Shown: positions 29,375-38,550 of the stretch, piece after piece | Numbering within the stretch: position 1 is the first letter of the stretch | Layout of the letters: each line of letters starts with the position of its first letter | Origin: an uncultured delta proteobacterium | GTDB taxonomy: Bacteria; Desulfobacterota; Binatia; UBA9968 | Direction: 5' to 3' | Assembly: GCA_963737905.1 (NCBI GenBank) | Contig: CAVTUQ010000022.1 | Span: forward strand, 128,001-192,000 | DNA length: 64,000 bases | The notes under the pieces: model-generated | The model's input: only the letters and a program-made list of their open reading frames with translations | Databases searched by the model: none | What the model was told of the DNA's origin: nothing | Translations under genes and position numbers: made by a program

Positions 29375-30679
29375 ATGAAAGAACGGCCGGCACAGAAAAC
29401 GATACTGATCGTCGATGACGAGGACAAAGTTCGGGAGTCGGTCCGAGAAGTTTTGACCGACGAGGGCTATCGCGTTGTGGACACCGCCGACGGCGCTCGC
29501 GTGCTTGAATTGATTGAACGGGAAAAGCCCGGGCTCGTGCTGCTGGATATTTGGATGCCGCAGATTGACGGCATCGATCTGCTTAAGCAGATTAGGAGCA
29601 AGGAGCCCGCGATCCACGTAGTCATGATTTCAGGCCATGGGAATATTCACACGGCGGTGACGGCGACCAAATTCGGAGCGTTCGATTTTATCGAGAAGCC
29701 GCTGTCTTTAGATGCACTGCTGTTGACGGTGCAGCGGGCCTTAGGTGACTATTCGCCGCGCCGCTCCAAAGGGGTCACCGGTAACGGAGGCAGAAAATCG
29801 AAAACCGGGAAGCGCCCACCGGCGACAGCAAGACGCGGAAACTCGAATCCATCCATCAAGCAACGCACCTTGAAGAAGAGTGTTGTGACATCGGGGCAAG
29901 GACTTCACTCGGGAATGAAGACCGGTCTTATTCTCCACCCGCTACCGCCTAATAGTGGGATTCTCTTCACCGGCATTTCTGGTGATGTGCAGGTACCCGC
30001 CCACCTGGATCATGTGGGATCGACCGGATATGCGACTTCACTCCGCGCCAAGGGGTTTGCCGTGGGGACGGTGGAGCATTTATTGGCCGTGCTGCATAGT
30101 TACGGTATCACCAATCTGCTCGTCAAGGTTCAAGGGGAGGTTCCGATCCTGGATGGTTCCGCCCTGGAGTTCTGTAACCTCATTGACGACGTCGGCGTGC
30201 AGGAAGAAAGGGAGGAATGGTCCGAAATAGTGGTTGATCGACCGTATCGAATCGGGAGCCCCGGGGGTGAGTCGATCACCGTCGAGCCTGCGGAAGTCTT
30301 CTCGGTGCATTATGTTTTGAATTATCCCAAGCCGGTGGGCATCCAAGAGCATACTTACACCCACAGAGGTCCCACCTTGTTTAAGGAAGAAATCGCGCCG
30401 GCCCGAACCTTCGGCTTTTTGAGGGACGTCGAACAGCTGCAACAAGCCGGCTTGGTTAATGGCGGCAAGCTCAACAATTGCATCCTCATTGATGACGAGA
30501 AAATCGTCAATACGGATCTACGATTCCCCAACGAGTTAGCGCGCCACAAGATCCTCGATATTATGGGTGACTTTTACTTACTCGGGAAGCCGGTTCGAGG
30601 TGCCATTACCGCTCACATGACGGGCCACTCCGACAATATTGCCCTGCTGCGAGAGCTGCGAAGCGGGATGGGTCTTTAG
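29375..30679 (+). CDS. lpxC: Receiver domain fused to UDP-3-O-acyl-GlcNAc deacetylase (REC-LpxC)
   Basis: ILIVDDED, LLDIWMP, MISGHG, FIEKP; basic linker; KQRTLK, GQGLHSG, TVEHLL, VPILDGSA, ARTFGF, HKILDIMGD, GH. Confidence 0.92.
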   Translation: MKERPAQKTILIVDDEDKVRESVREVLTDEGYRVVDTADGARVLELIEREKPGLVLLDIWMPQIDGIDLLKQIRSKEPAIHVVMISGHGNIHTAVTATKFGAFDFIEKPLSLDALLLTVQRALGDYSPRRSKGVTGNGGRKSKTGKRPPATARRGNSNPSIKQRTLKKSVVTSGQGLHSGMKTGLILHPLPPNSGILFTGISGDVQVPAHLDHVGSTGYATSLRAKGFAVGTVEHLLAVLHSYGITNLLVKVQGEVPILDGSALEFCNLIDDVGVQEEREEWSEIVVDRPYRIGSPGGESITVEPAEVFSVHYVLNYPKPVGIQEHTYTHRGPTLFKEEIAPARTFGFLRDVEQLQQAGLVNGGKLNNCILIDDEKIVNTDLRFPNELARHKILDIMGDFYLLGKPVRGAITAHMTGHSDNIALLRELRSGMGL

Positions 30680-30729
30680 CAGAGATCGGCAACTTTGCGC
30701 TCTCTGCACCCTTTCCAAACAACAAAAAT

Positions 30730-31179
30730 ATGGTCTCTTCTGTCTCTTTTCCACGACTCTTTACAGTGGGCGAAGCGAATGTGCTGCTGCCCACGGTGCG
30801 TAGGTTGATGGAAAGGATCGAGGAAAATATCAAGCGACTGAGAAACCAAAGCAAAACCATCATCCGCGATGAACAACTCGATCCAGACGCCATGGATTTC
30901 ATGGACCGATTGCAGGAACATAATGAAATTGCTCGGATCGTGGCAGAAGTCAAAGGCTGGGTGGAAGAGATCCAAAGCTATGGTTGCATCTGCAAGGGAG
31001 TGGAACAGGGTCTCGTCGATTTCCCGTGCCTACTAGGGACGGAAGTGGTGTTTCTCTGCTGGCAGTTGGGTGAGCCGACCGTCAGCTATTGGCACCGGAT
31101 CGAAGACGGCTTTGCGGGGCGCCGCGCCTTGCTTGATGTCGAGAAAACGGAATCCGATAAGAAGAGTCCTTACCACTAA
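30730..31179 (+). CDS. DUF2203 family protein
   Basis: FTVGEANVLLP, GLVDFP, FLCWQLGE, WH...GFAGR. Confidence 0.85.
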   Translation: MVSSVSFPRLFTVGEANVLLPTVRRLMERIEENIKRLRNQSKTIIRDEQLDPDAMDFMDRLQEHNEIARIVAEVKGWVEEIQSYGCICKGVEQGLVDFPCLLGTEVVFLCWQLGEPTVSYWHRIEDGFAGRRALLDVEKTESDKKSPYH

Positions 31180-31253
31180 TCGGTCCGTCAATTTTCCGTT
31201 CATCTCCAATCGTGCTTGTTTCGATTCAATCGGTCGGTAGGTTGGGAGGTTTT

Positions 31254-32426
31254 ATGATCGCCCAGGATGAAGACGCGCTATCGCTCCGGGTCAAAGACGA
31301 AGCACAGCGCCTGGGTTTTGAGTTGGTCGGAATTTCGCCGGTCAAACTTCCGCCCCATGAGGAGTCGTTCGCCGAGTGGCTGCGGCGGGGCTTCTCGGGA
31401 CAGCTGGACTATATGAAACGAACCGAGGATCTACGACGTGATCCCCATCGACTCGTCCCTTGGGCGGTGTCCGTTATCTCGGTCGGAATGAATTATTATA
31501 CGCCTTTTTCCCGCCCGCGAGCGTCGGATCAGCCAAAGGGTTGGATTTCCCGTTACGCGTGGGGCGATGATTACCATACTCTAATCAAAAACCAGTTGGA
31601 GTCTCTCCTCAACGGCATTCGACGGATTTGGAACGGACCCGTGGAAGGAAAAGTCTTTGTGGATTCCGGTCCGGTGCTGGAGCGGGAGTTTGCCGGCATC
31701 GCGGGTGTCGGCTGGATCGGCAAAAACACCCATCTCATTTCCCCCCAAAGGGGCTCGTGGTTTTTTTTGGGAGAACTTTTCCTCAGCATACCGCTCGGTT
31801 ATGATCGGCCGATTCGCGATCGGTGTGGAAAATGCGATCTGTGTTTGAAAGCCTGCCCCACAGGGGCTTTCGTGGGACCCTACGTGCTGGACGCGCGCCG
31901 CTGCATTTCCTACTTGACAATTGAGCTCAAAGGCCTGATGCCTCGCCATCTTCGTCCGCTTGTAGGAAATCACATCTTTGGCTGCGACATCTGTCAAGAG
32001 ATCTGTCCGTATAACGTAAAGGCTCCACCAACCCGGGAAAAGGCGTACGCTCCAAGAGAGGGACTGTATGCACCCGATCTGATTCCCTTGCTGTCTCTAG
32101 ATGAAGAGGAGTTTCGGCACAGATTTCGTGGCAGCCCGATCCTTCGCGCAAAGCGAAAGGGATTATTGCGCAATGTTGCGGTTGCTCTCGGGAATACGAG
32201 AAGCCGTGCGGCCACGCCTGCGTTGATTCGGGCGCTCGATGATGAAGAAATGCTAGTGCGAGCCCACGTCGCTTGGGCGTTGGGTCAGATCGGTTCGCCA
32301 GAGGGAATGAACGCACTGGAAAAAAGGTTGCGCATCGAGAGCGATCCCACGGTCCGGATCGAAATCGAGGATGCGATCACGGAAGCCAAGAAGACCGTTA
32401 GCCCCGTTCCGAGCGTACAAGAATGA
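31254..32426 (+). CDS. queG: tRNA epoxyqueuosine reductase with C-terminal HEAT repeats
   Basis: SRYAWGDDYH, VDSGPVLER, GWIGKN, CGKCDLCLKACPT, CISYLTIE, GCDICQEICP. Confidence 0.93.
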   Translation: MIAQDEDALSLRVKDEAQRLGFELVGISPVKLPPHEESFAEWLRRGFSGQLDYMKRTEDLRRDPHRLVPWAVSVISVGMNYYTPFSRPRASDQPKGWISRYAWGDDYHTLIKNQLESLLNGIRRIWNGPVEGKVFVDSGPVLEREFAGIAGVGWIGKNTHLISPQRGSWFFLGELFLSIPLGYDRPIRDRCGKCDLCLKACPTGAFVGPYVLDARRCISYLTIELKGLMPRHLRPLVGNHIFGCDICQEICPYNVKAPPTREKAYAPREGLYAPDLIPLLSLDEEEFRHRFRGSPILRAKRKGLLRNVAVALGNTRSRAATPALIRALDDEEMLVRAHVAWALGQIGSPEGMNALEKRLRIESDPTVRIEIEDAITEAKKTVSPVPSVQE

Positions 32427-32480
32427 TCGTGCGTTCACGCTATGACGGCGCCCAACGTCCGGGGCGGCTTAGGTCTTTAG

Positions 32481-32930
32481 TCAGCCTGCGGTTGGCTGGG
32501 CTGGCGTGACCAAGGCTTTGGCCAAGAGTTGTACCACGTTGCTGGGGATCCGCTTCATTCGTCCATCCGCATCGACGCAGGCGTGCTTCGTCGATCCCAA
32601 CGCCAACGCCGCGCTGTCACCTTCCCGTGAGATTGTATAATCGAAATTCAGCGTGGCGCGGCCGACGGACGAGAGTTGAGTTGCAATCGTGATGACGTCA
32701 TCGTAGCGAGCTGATTGGAAGTAGCGACAGGAAACTTCGGTTACAGGAAAATGAAACCCTTGCTCTTCGATTGTTTTGTAGGGAAGACCGATTTGGCGCA
32801 GAAATTCCGATCGGCCCTTTTCAAACCACCGAAGATAATTTGCGTAATAGACGACGCCCATCTGGTCGGTGTCTCCGTAGATGACGCGATCGGTTGTGAC
32901 GATTTTATGGTTTGCGCCGAGTTGCCCCAT
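32481..32930 (-). CDS. YbgC/FadM-family acyl-CoA thioesterase
   Basis: DTDQMGVVYYANYLRWFE, ARYDD. Confidence 0.9.
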   Translation of the reverse strand: MGQLGANHKIVTTDRVIYGDTDQMGVVYYANYLRWFEKGRSEFLRQIGLPYKTIEEQGFHFPVTEVSCRYFQSARYDDVITIATQLSSVGRATLNFDYTISREGDSAALALGSTKHACVDADGRMKRIPSNVVQLLAKALVTPAQPTAG

Positions 32931-33104
32931 CAACCATACTCCTAGTTCTTTTTTCGCCCGTTCTCAATCTACGTAGGAAGCCGCTCCGTCTTGACAAGGC
33001 AAAGGGATCTATGGTTTAAAACTTTCGCATTTGCGTAACGATTGCTTGACCCCATCGGTACAAATCGAGCGCCTATTTTCCCTCGACGAGAAGGAGGACA
33101 AAGA

Positions 33105-33569
33105 ATGAAGGGTTCAGCCAACTACGTCATCGGATCTATTGCCGCATTCCTAGTGGCGGTTGGAATGCTGGCTTGCACATCGGTACAGGAGCAACCGAAG
33201 CCGGCGGCGCCCGCCGTCGCCCAACAAACGACGCCGACTACCGGAAAGGAAGAGCCGAGCAAACAGGAGTCCAGCAAGACGGGGACAAAAGCGACCAAAA
33301 CGAAGGTTGTCGAGGTGGAAGGTGTGATCAGCAGCGTTGGCCAGCGCACCATCACCTTTCAAGTTGAGCGTAAGGGGAAAGTCCGAGAAGAGGTCGTGGG
33401 TGTTGACGACAAGACTAGTATCGAGAAGGCCGGAAACAGAGTTAAATTAAGAGACTTGCAGGAGACAGATAAGGCGTTGATTAACTACGAGCCGGATGCC
33501 TATACACCGGCGTTGGCGATCAAGGTTGTCGGCCAAGGTAAAATACAGAAAGTCGGCGGGGACGACTAG
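33105..33569 (+). CDS. Hypothetical lipoprotein with OB-fold-like C-terminal domain
   Basis: AAGGAGG RBS, lipobox MLAC, low-complexity linker, beta-rich C-terminus. Confidence 0.7.
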   Translation: MKGSANYVIGSIAAFLVAVGMLACTSVQEQPKPAAPAVAQQTTPTTGKEEPSKQESSKTGTKATKTKVVEVEGVISSVGQRTITFQVERKGKVREEVVGVDDKTSIEKAGNRVKLRDLQETDKALINYEPDAYTPALAIKVVGQGKIQKVGGDD

Positions 33570-34468
33570 GAGCGGTAGCGATCCGATCGATCTCCCGCGA
33601 TTATATCCAGATCAAAAGACTGCTCATCTCTTAATATCCTAAACGAGATTCGCTCTCCCGGGCGCTTTTTCCACATCTCTTGGTAAAGCTCAGGTCGAGA
33701 GCGGATCTCCTTTTTTTCTACACCGATAATAATATCGCCTTCTTTAAGGCCGTATCTTTCGGCCGGCCCGCCGGCTACTATTCCTCCGACGACGACGTGC
33801 CCGGCCAAAGGTTGGGGATAAAATCCCAGCCAGGGCCTTCGCGGGCGGCTCCGAACGTGCCCGTACTGTTTCATTTCCGAAGCATGCTGTAGATAGCAAT
33901 CGATGGGAATTGCCAGAGAGAACTTAGCGATCTCAGTTAGATTCAGCGAGACGACGCCGATGATTTCGCCTCTAAAGTTGGCCAGCGTGCCTCCCCCGAA
34001 ACCTGGATTGGGTGCCGTGAGACGAATGGTTTTTTCGAGCATGTATTCCCAATGGCCGTCGTAGCAGTCCATGGAACTCACATAACCGCCGCTAACCCGG
34101 CGAGCGGCCTGGCCACTACTGGCGATGATGACCGCAGGCTGACCCAATGCGACTGAATCTAACCCCGCGGGCTTGAGAAAAGGCAGTCCTCGCGCGGGAA
34201 TTTTGACCAGCGCAAGCCCGGTTTCTTGATCCTGAGCGGCCAACGCGCCGGGATACTGCTCCCCGTCCGGCAAGGTTACCGTGATGGACGCTGCCCCTAC
34301 GGTGACATAGTGGACGGTTAAAATGTAACCATCCGGGTCGATGATGGTGCCTGAACCGCCTCGCTCGGTTCCCAGATTGCGGGTGGACGGGTGATTGTCC
34401 GGGACGGTAACTTGAATATCTGCCGTTGCGGGCAAAACCGAATGGATCAAACCAATATGGCCGTTCAA
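33566..34468 (-). CDS. Trypsin-like (S1C) + PDZ protein with degenerate catalytic motifs
   Basis: GSGTIIDPDGYILTVHYV, QDQETGLALVK, NPGFGGG, RPWLG, GGPAERYGLKEGDII. Confidence 0.8.
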   Translation of the reverse strand: MNGHIGLIHSVLPATADIQVTVPDNHPSTRNLGTERGGSGTIIDPDGYILTVHYVTVGAASITVTLPDGEQYPGALAAQDQETGLALVKIPARGLPFLKPAGLDSVALGQPAVIIASSGQAARRVSGGYVSSMDCYDGHWEYMLEKTIRLTAPNPGFGGGTLANFRGEIIGVVSLNLTEIAKFSLAIPIDCYLQHASEMKQYGHVRSRPRRPWLGFYPQPLAGHVVVGGIVAGGPAERYGLKEGDIIIGVEKKEIRSRPELYQEMWKKRPGERISFRILRDEQSFDLDIIAGDRSDRYRS

Positions 34469-35451
34469 AGCCGTGCTCCTTCAGCGCCATGAATGCTTGG
34501 GGGCACTAATTCCAGGAATTTGCCCTGCCAACTGTCTCGTTCTTCCAGCTCTTTGTAGATCGCGTTGTGCACGCCGATCTTGTTAATCGACCATTCTGGA
34601 GCGACGGTAATTGCGCGGTAAGTTTCGCCGGTCAAACGGTGCACAACAATTTCCGGGTCGAGACGTTCAAGGAAATCAACGACGAGTCTAACATATTCCC
34701 CTCGACTAAAAAGGGTAAAGCCACCCGCGCTGTACAATTTTTCCAGGACGGTATTCTTGATGACATGGAGGTTGTGCAGTTTGATGCCGTCGATCTTCAG
34801 CCCATTCAACAACGAGGGCGTTTGAAGGATTTCCGACCGGCTTTCTTGTGGGAAACCTAGGATCAAATGGACGCAAAGCCGCAGTCCTCGTTGTTTGCAG
34901 CGCTGGACGGTTTCGACGAACTCCCTTAGCCCATGGCCGCGGTTCACCCACCGGAGCGTTCGGTCTTGCATCGACTCAAGGCCAAGCTCCAACCAAAGGT
35001 AAGTTTGGTGCGAGAAATCCGTTAGAAGGTCGAGGATATCCTCGGGTAGGCAATCAGGCCGAGTGGCCACGGAGAGGCCGACGACCCCGCGGAAGTCTAG
35101 GGCTTCGCGATACAGCTTTTCTAGTCTAGAGACCGAACCATAAGTATTCGTGTAACTCTGAAAGTAGGCGATGAATTTCTCGGCTCGATGACGTCGTTGA
35201 ATCGCTACCGCCCCGCGCTCCAGTTGTTCCGTGACCGAAGCGTGAGGTTGATAATTCTGGGAGGTGTGGCTGGCATTGTTACAGTAAATACATCCGCCCA
35301 CGGCTACCGTTCCATCCCGATTCGGACAGGTAAAATCTAATCTCAAGCCAATTTTGTAGACACGCGCATCAAAAGTGTCTTTCAGTAAGCGATTATAAGA
35401 ATTATAACGCTTCCCGTGCCATCGGTTGCCTAGTGTGATAGGAAAATTCAT
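34465..35451 (-). CDS. TIGR01212 (YhcC-like) radical SAM protein
   Basis: FTCPNRDG..GGCIYC, YFQSYTNTY, ATRPDC, ELGLES, HRLTG. Confidence 0.9.
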   Translation of the reverse strand: MNFPITLGNRWHGKRYNSYNRLLKDTFDARVYKIGLRLDFTCPNRDGTVAVGGCIYCNNASHTSQNYQPHASVTEQLERGAVAIQRRHRAEKFIAYFQSYTNTYGSVSRLEKLYREALDFRGVVGLSVATRPDCLPEDILDLLTDFSHQTYLWLELGLESMQDRTLRWVNRGHGLREFVETVQRCKQRGLRLCVHLILGFPQESRSEILQTPSLLNGLKIDGIKLHNLHVIKNTVLEKLYSAGGFTLFSRGEYVRLVVDFLERLDPEIVVHRLTGETYRAITVAPEWSINKIGVHNAIYKELEERDSWQGKFLELVPPSIHGAEGARL

Positions 35452-35644
35452 GATGTGGACTGAGGATGGGTTAACAAAAAGCCGGTCAATACTCAAGAGA
35501 ATTACCTCGTGCGGGTTGTGCTTTCAAAGGAGGTAGGGTCGTAGGTTCTTCTCTAGATTCACTGCATAGCTGGCTTGGCGATGCTGAGACTTTGGAAGTG
35601 GTTAATAAATCACGGGCTTTTTCGAGCTGGGTGGTTGACTTGGC

Positions 35645-35674
35645 TTGACAATAAAACTCCATTGAATATATTCT
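35645..35674 (+). promoter_or_regulatory. Putative sigma70 promoter of yceD-rpmF-plsX operon
   Basis: TTGACA then TATATT (16-nt spacer) or TATTCT (18-nt spacer). Confidence 0.55.
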
Positions 35675-35698
35675 TACCAGCAGGCTTCTTGTCCGCCG

Positions 35699-36235
35699 AT
35701 GAAAATTCCCGTCGACGACATTACTGAATCCGCCAAAGAGATTAGCTTTTCCGAACGCATTGAGGAACTAAACGATCTCTACAAAAATAGCCCGTTTCGG
35801 GAGTTTGGATTTCCTCGGTTTGTGGAGGTCAATCTAGTCTATTATCGATCCGGCCAAGATATTTTCTTCAAAGGTTGGTTGGACGGGACGCTTGAGGGGG
35901 GTTGTAGCCGTTGTTTGAGGCGTTACTCGTTTCCATTAAACAAGGAATTTGACTTTGTACTCAGCCCAGATCCGTCTGAACCGGGGCGTAAGACTGAAGA
36001 GCTGGATCGGGAAGACCTGGGATTGAGCTATTATTCCGCAGATGAAATTGATCTCGCGCCTCTCCTAAGAGAACAGGTCATGTTGGCTCTGCCGACCCGG
36101 CCGCTGTGTTACGAAAGCTGCCGCGGGCTTTGCGATAGTTGCGGCGCCGACCTCAACAAGGAGACTTGCGCCTGCATCAGCTCCACGGATGATCCGCGGA
36201 TGGCGATTTTTCGAACTCTCAAAGTCGGTCGTTAA
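35699..36235 (+). CDS. yceD: DUF177/YceD protein
   Basis: CSRCL, IDLAPLLREQ, PLC..CRGLC..CG.DLN, DPR; upstream of rpmF. Confidence 0.9.
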   Translation: MKIPVDDITESAKEISFSERIEELNDLYKNSPFREFGFPRFVEVNLVYYRSGQDIFFKGWLDGTLEGGCSRCLRRYSFPLNKEFDFVLSPDPSEPGRKTEELDREDLGLSYYSADEIDLAPLLREQVMLALPTRPLCYESCRGLCDSCGADLNKETCACISSTDDPRMAIFRTLKVGR

Positions 36236-36294
36236 GTTCACGTCAACATTTGTTCCGCTGTCGCTGAGCGACGGGGAAAGATAGGACTAAGAAA

Positions 36295-36477
36295 ATGCCA
36301 GTACCGAAGAGAAGAACTTCAAAAAGAGTAAAAAACCAACGGCGATCCCACGATGCGCTGACCGCTCCCCAGTGGAGCACCTGTCCGAAGTGCGGAGAAA
36401 CGGTTCTGCCGCACCGTGCCTGCGGTAGTTGCGGTTTCTACCGAGGTCGAATCGTGATAAAGACCGAAGAGAGTTAA
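36295..36477 (+). CDS. rpmF: 50S ribosomal protein L32
   Basis: MPVPKRRTSK, RRSH, CPKCG..PHRACGSCG.Y. Confidence 0.97.
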   Translation: MPVPKRRTSKRVKNQRRSHDALTAPQWSTCPKCGETVLPHRACGSCGFYRGRIVIKTEES

Positions 36478-36497
36478 CTCACCTTTCCGACTCGCAT

Positions 36498-37619
36498 ATG
36501 CTAAAAATCGCTGTCGACGCCATGGGCGGGGACCATGCTCCCCAGGTTGTGGTAACGGGTGCCTTATTGGCCGCCCAAGAGTTCGGCATAGATCTTGTCT
36601 TAGTGGGTGACAAGGATTCCGTCGAACGCGAATTGGCGCGGCATCCTGCGAAATCGTCCTCGGTTCAGGTTGTCCATGCTTCTCAAATGATCGCTATGGA
36701 AGAGTCTCCGAGTTCTGCGCTCAAGAAAAAGGACTCCTCCATGAAGATCGCTTTTGAGATGATGAAACGCGAAGAGGTTCAGGCCGTGGTGAGCGCGGGG
36801 AATTCCGGTGCCATGATGGCAACGGGGATGTTTGTCATGGGCAGGTTGCCGCAGGTCGCTCGACCCGCAATCTTGATCGTTGTGCCGGGCCTGTCGAAGG
36901 GGACGGTCATTATCGACGCCGGCGCCAATGTCGACTGCAAACCGCATCATCTGGTTCAGTTTGCCTTTATGGGCGCGATCTACGCTGAGAAAGTGCAGGG
37001 GATCGCCAGTCCGCGCATCGGGGTCTTGAGTAACGGCGAGGAAGAAGGAAAGGGAAACGATCTCACCCGAACCGTCAGCGAGGAGCTTTCAGCGACCGCA
37101 TTGAACTATATCGGCTATGTAGAGGGGCGGGATGTTTTCAACGGCAAAGTCGATGTGATCGTCTGCGATGGATTCACCGGCAACATAGCCCTGAAGACCA
37201 TGGAAGGGGTTGCGAGTTTCGCGGGAGACGTGTTGAAAGAAGCTTTTCAGAAGAATCTTGCCAGTCGGCTGGGATATTTCATGAGTCGTAATTCGCTGCG
37301 AGAAGTTTATCGGCGCCTGGACTATGCTGAGTATGGGGGCGCTCCCTTGCTCGGGCTGGATGGGATCGGGATTGTGGCTCATGGCGGGTCGAGTCCGCGG
37401 GCCATCAAAAATGCTATTCGCGTCGCCAAGGAAGCGGTTCAACAGGATATCAACGGTCATATCAGCCAGGTGCTCGCCGATGCGGGCGGCGGCAATGATA
37501 AGAAGGATGGCCTGCCGAGAAAAATTTGGCAACGAATCAAGTCGAAGATCGACTCCCTAGGTGACAAACCGAGCGCCGAGGTCGAAACAGAGGAACGGCA
37601 AGGTGAAGCCAAGCGTTAA
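36498..37619 (+). CDS. plsX: Phosphate acyltransferase
   Basis: IAVDAMGGDHAP, SAGNSGA, DAGANVD, NGEEEGKG, CDGFTGN, YGGAPLLG. Confidence 0.95.
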   Translation: MLKIAVDAMGGDHAPQVVVTGALLAAQEFGIDLVLVGDKDSVERELARHPAKSSSVQVVHASQMIAMEESPSSALKKKDSSMKIAFEMMKREEVQAVVSAGNSGAMMATGMFVMGRLPQVARPAILIVVPGLSKGTVIIDAGANVDCKPHHLVQFAFMGAIYAEKVQGIASPRIGVLSNGEEEGKGNDLTRTVSEELSATALNYIGYVEGRDVFNGKVDVIVCDGFTGNIALKTMEGVASFAGDVLKEAFQKNLASRLGYFMSRNSLREVYRRLDYAEYGGAPLLGLDGIGIVAHGGSSPRAIKNAIRVAKEAVQQDINGHISQVLADAGGGNDKKDGLPRKIWQRIKSKIDSLGDKPSAEVETEERQGEAKR

Positions 37620-38550
37620 AGTTGCCTTCGTTTTTCCGGGACAGGGTTCTCAATATGTGGGAATGGGGAAGGAGCTTCATGCACAATTTGCGGCTGCCCG
37701 GCGAGTGTTTTCGGAAGCGGATGAGGCTCTGGGCTTTCCGCTAAGTCAACTTTGTTTCAGTGGGCCCGACTCCGATCTCAAGCTCACTGAGAATACCCAA
37801 CCGGCTATCTTGACAGTCTCACTCGCTGCTCTGCGTGTGTTTGAGTCAGAAACCCCGCTGAGGCCCGACTTTGTGGCTGGTCACAGTCTCGGAGAATACA
37901 CGGCACTGGTTTGTGCCGGGGCACTCAGCTTCCAGGACGCGGTAAGAGTCGTGCGTGAGCGGGGTAGGCTCATGCAACAGGCAGTACCTCCTGGTACGGG
38001 CAGTATGGCGGTGATTTTAGGATTGGGGATGGAAGTTGTTCGGTCCCTTTGTGAAGCAGTCAGCAATGGCGAGGTGGTGGCACCGGCCAATTACAACGGA
38101 GGCGGACAAATTGTTATTGCCGGCTCTAAAGCGGCCGTGAACCGAGCGATGTCGATCGCCAAGGAGCGGGGCGCGAAGAGAGCCTTGCATTTGCCTGTAA
38201 GCGCTCCCTTTCATTGCCAGCTCATGCGTCCGGCTGCGGAAGGACTAAGGAAGGTTTTGGACGATGTCACTGTTCATCCTCTTTCGATGGGTGTCGTAAC
38301 CAACGTCGAGGCGGATGTGAACCTGGACACCGGCCGTGTGAAGTCTCTATTGATAGAACAGGCTGTGCAGCCGGTACGGTGGGAAGAATCGGTCCGCAAA
38401 CTTGAAAGTCTCGGTTGTGCTCGCATCTGGGAGATCGGACCGGGAAAGGTGCTCAGAGGGTTGATCAACCGTATCAGTCCGGCGCTGCTACTCGATAATT
38501 TTGAGTCTCCGCAAGATCTTGGCAAACTCTCTCCAGAAGAGCTCACATGA
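37603..38550 (+). CDS. fabD: Malonyl-CoA:ACP transacylase
   Basis: FPGQGSQ, GHSLGEY, SAPFH, EIGPG. Confidence 0.95.
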   Translation: MKPSVKVAFVFPGQGSQYVGMGKELHAQFAAARRVFSEADEALGFPLSQLCFSGPDSDLKLTENTQPAILTVSLAALRVFESETPLRPDFVAGHSLGEYTALVCAGALSFQDAVRVVRERGRLMQQAVPPGTGSMAVILGLGMEVVRSLCEAVSNGEVVAPANYNGGGQIVIAGSKAAVNRAMSIAKERGAKRALHLPVSAPFHCQLMRPAAEGLRKVLDDVTVHPLSMGVVTNVEADVNLDTGRVKSLLIEQAVQPVRWEESVRKLESLGCARIWEIGPGKVLRGLINRISPALLLDNFESPQDLGKLSPEELT

